A stretch of DNA of 64,000 nt from Eledone cirrhosa (lineage: Eukaryota). This document shows, piece after piece, positions 60,601-64,000 of the stretch (the stretch's first letter is position 1; each line of letters begins with the position of its first letter). The DNA lies in contig OZ024743.1 of NCBI GenBank assembly GCA_964016885.1, positions 361,894,001 to 361,958,000 of the forward strand. Reading direction: 5' to 3'. The notes below the pieces were generated by a model that was given only the letters and a program-made list of their open reading frames with translations, made no database searches and had not been told where the DNA came from. Made by a program: the position numbers and the translations under genes.

Positions 60601-62850
60601 TGTTATAACTAGTACAGCACACAGTGGAAACAATTGTTATAACTAGTACAGCTGACAGTGGAAACAATTGTTATAACTAGTACAGCACACAGTGCAAACA
60701 ATTTTTATAACTAGTACAGCACACAGTGCAAACAATTGTTATAACTAGCACAGCACACAGTGGAAACAATTGTTTTAACTAGTACAGCTCACAGTGGAAA
60801 CAATTGTTATAACTAGTACAGCTCAGAGTGGAAACAATTGTTATGACTAGTACAGCTCACAGTGGAAACAATTGTTATAACTAGTACAGCACACAGTGGA
60901 AACAATTGTTATAACTAGTACAGCTCACAGTGCAAACAATTGTTATAACTAGTACAGCTCACAGTGGAAACAATTGTTATGACTAGTACAGCACACAGGG
61001 GAAACAATTGTTATAACTAGTACATCACACAGTGGAAACAATTGTTATAACTAGTACAGCACACAGTGGAAACAATTATTATAACTAGTACAGCACACAG
61101 TGCAAACATTTGTTATAACTAGTACAGCTCACAGTAGAAACAATTGTTATAACTAGTACAGCACACAGTGGAAACAATTGTTATAACTAGTACAGCTGAC
61201 AGTGGAAACAATTGTTATAACTAGTACAGCACACAGTGGAAACAATTGTTATAACTAGTACAGCACACAGTGGAAACAATTGTTATAACTAGTACAGCTC
61301 ACAGTGCAAATAGTTGTTATAACTAGTCAGCACACAGTGGAAACAATTGTTATAACTAGTACAGCACACAGTGAAAGCAATTGTTATAACTAGTACAGTT
61401 GACAGTGGAAACAATTGTTATAACTAGTACAGCACACAGTGCAAACAATTGTTATAACTAGTACAGCACACAGTGCAAACAATTGTTATAAATAGTACAG
61501 CACACAGTGGAAACAATTGTTATAACTAGTACAGCTCACAGTGGAAACAATTGTTATAACTAGTACAGCCCACAGTGGAAACAATTGTTATAACTAGTAC
61601 AGCTCACAGTGGAAACAATTGTTATAACTAGTACAGCTGACAGTGGAAACAATTGTTATAACTATTACAGCTGACAGTGAAAACAATTGTTATAACTAGT
61701 ACAGCTGACAGTGGAAACAATTGTTATAACTAGTACAGCACACAGTGAAAACAATTGTTATAATTAGTACAGCTGACAGTGGAAACAATTGTTATAACTA
61801 GTACAGCACACAGTGGAAACATTTGTTATAACTAGTACAGCACACAGTGCAAACAATTGTTATAACTAGTACAGCTCACAGTGCAAACAATTGTTATAAC
61901 TAGTACAGCTCACGGTGGAAACAATTGTTATAACTAGTACAGCTCACAGTGGAAACAATTGTTGTAACTAGTACAGCACACAGTGGAAATAATTGTTATA
62001 ACTAGTACAGCACACAGTGCAAACAATTGTTATAACTAGTACAGCTCACAGTGCAAACAATTGTTATAACTAGTACAGCGCACAGTGGAAAAATTGTTAT
62101 AACTAGTACAGCTGACAGTGGAAACAATTGTTATAACTAGTACAGCTGACAGTGGAAACAATTGTTATAACTAGTACAGCACACGGTGGAAACAATTGTT
62201 ATAAATACTACAGCTGACAGTGGAAACAATTGTTTTAACTAGTACAGCACACAGTGGAAACAATTGTTATAACTAGTACAGCTCACAGTGGAAACAATTG
62301 TTATAACTAGTACAGCTCACAGTGGAAACAATTGTTATAACTAGTACAGCTGACAGTGGAAAAAATTGTTATAGCTAGTACAGCACACAGTGGAAACAAT
62401 TGTTATAACTAGTACAGCACACAGTGGAAACAATTGTTATAACTAGTACAGCTCACAGTGCAAACAATTGTTATAACTAGTACAGCACACAGTGGAAACA
62501 ATTGTTATAACTAGTACAGCTCACAGTGCAAACAATTGTTATAACTAGTACAGCACACAGTGGAAACAATTGTTATAACTAGTACAGCACACAGTGCAAA
62601 CAATTGTTATAATTAGTACAGCACACAGTGGAAACAATTGTTATAACTAGTACAGCACACAGTGCAAACAATTTTTATAACTAGTACAGCACACAGTGCA
62701 AACAATTGTTATAACTAGCACAGCACACAGTGGAAACAAATGTTTTAACTAGTACAGCCCACAGTGGAAACAATTGTTATAACTAGTACAGCTCAGAGTG
62801 GAAACAATTGTTATGACTAGTACAGCACACAGTGGAAACAATTGTTATAA
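57660..62850. repeat. ~74-79-monomer (2.5-2.7 kb) imperfect higher-order duplication
   Basis: The TATAG of GGAAAAAATTGTTATAG at 59856/62370 and ATACTAC at 59691/62205 give offset 2514 = 74x34-2. CAAACAATTTTT at 58011/60695 gives offset 2684 = 79x34-2, so about five monomers were gained or lost between the copies. Confidence 0.8.
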
Positions 62851-64000
62851 CTAGTACAGCACACAGTGGAAACAATTGTTATAACTAGTACAGCACACAG
62901 TGGAAACAATTGTTATAACTAGTACAGCACACAGTGGAAACAATTGTTATAACTAGTACAGCACACAGTGGAAATAATTGTTATAACTAGTACAGCACAC
63001 AGTGCAAACAATTGTTATAACTAGTACAGCTCACAGTGGAAACAATTGTTATGACTAGTACAGCACACAGTGGAAACAATTGTTATAACTAGTACAGCCC
63101 ACAGTGGAAACAATTGTTGTAACTAGTACAGCTCACAGTGGAAACAATTGTTATAACTAGTACAGCTGACAGTGGAAACAATTGTTATAACTATTACAGC
63201 TGACAGTGAAAACAATTGTTATAACTAGTACAGCTGACAGTGGAAACAATTGTTATAACTAGTACAGCACACAGTGAAAACAATTGTTATAATTAGTAGA
63301 GCTGACAGTGGAAACAATTGTTATAACTAGTACAGCACACAGTGGAAACATTTGTTATAACTAGTACAGCACACAGTGCAAACAATTGTTATATCTAGTA
63401 CAGCTCACAGTGCAAACAATTGTTATAACTAGTACAGCTCACGGTGGAAACAATTGTTATAACTAGTACAGCTCACAGTGGAAACAATTGTTATAACTAG
63501 TACAGCACACAGTGGAAATAATTGTTATAACTAGTACAGCACACAGTGCAAACAATTGTTATAACTAGTACAGCTCACAGTGCAAACAATTGTTATAACT
63601 AGTACAGCGCACAGTGGAAAAATGTTATAACTAGTACAGCTGACAGTGGAAACAATTGTTATAACTAGTACAGCTGACAGTGGAAACAATTGTTATAACT
63701 AGTACAGCACACGGTGGAAACAATTGTTATAACTACTACAGCTGACAGTGGAAACAATTGTTTTAACTAGTACAGCTCACAGTGCAAACAATTGTTATAA
63801 CTAGTACAGCACACAGTGGAAACAATTGTTATAACTAGTACAGCTCACAGTGCAAACAATTGTTATAACTAGTACAGCACACAGTGGAAACAATTGTTAT
63901 AACTAGTACAGCACACAGTGGAAACAATTGTTATAACTAGTACAGCTGACAGTGGAAACAATTGTTATAACTAGTACAGCACACAGTGAAAACAATTGTT

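Larger units (their letters stand above)
1..64000. repeat. 34-bp tandem satellite array, ~1,880 head-to-tail monomers, truncated at both window edges
   Basis: AAACAATTGTTATAACTAGTACAGC(AC/TC/TG)ACAGTG(G/C) recurs every 34 nt (starts at 1, 35, 69, ...) to the end of the window. Most monomers differ from consensus by 0-3 bases. Indels are rare and almost all 1 bp. No inverted monomer or foreign insertion was seen. Confidence 0.99.

Noticed and set aside
1-64000. CRISPR array (repeat length in CRISPR range, partly palindromic, contains GAAAC)
   Set aside because: Monomers abut directly with no unique spacers. The variable part is only a few positions with 2-3 alleles. No leader or cas genes are present.
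1-64000. Repetitive protein-coding ORF
   Set aside because: The 34-bp period cycles through all frames. TAA and TAG on the plus strand and TAG/TAA on the minus strand stop every frame within about 100 nt of consensus sequence.
1-64000. Synthetic polylinker concatemer or rolling-circle amplification artefact (MfeI, PsiI, SpeI, PvuII, DraIII sites)
   Set aside because: Inherited, nested variant cassettes and divergence between duplicated blocks indicate gradual natural evolution rather than copying of one template.
1-64000. Telomerase-made telomeric repeat
   Set aside because: The unit is long, lacks a G-rich strand, and shows multi-kb duplications of variant patterns typical of recombination. 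A satellite-type chromosome end cannot be excluded without positional context.

Overview
The whole 64 kb window is one uninterrupted head-to-tail satellite DNA array. The monomer is 34 bp (consensus AAACAATTGTTATAACTAGTACAGCACACAGTGG, about 35% GC, no CpG), present in roughly 1,880 copies, all in the same orientation, and the array runs off both ends. I found no genes, RNA genes, transposons, CRISPR spacers or unique sequence. All six reading frames hit a stop codon within about 100 nt. The real structure lies in the variants. Most common variation sits at monomer positions 26-27 (AC/TC/TG) and 34 (G/C). Rare substitutions and 1-bp indels act as markers and reveal nested, irregular higher-order duplications with offsets of 13, 17, 25, 53-57, 74, 79, 102, 106, 135 and 204 monomers, plus a left-to-right turnover of variant types. 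The monomer core is a chain of overlapping palindromes. The array looks like eukaryotic heterochromatic or (peri)centromeric satellite, which is an inference; I do not recognise the family or organism. I see no sequence support for a novel protein-coding system. Offsets were read by eye from marker variants, and block boundaries are approximate to about one monomer.
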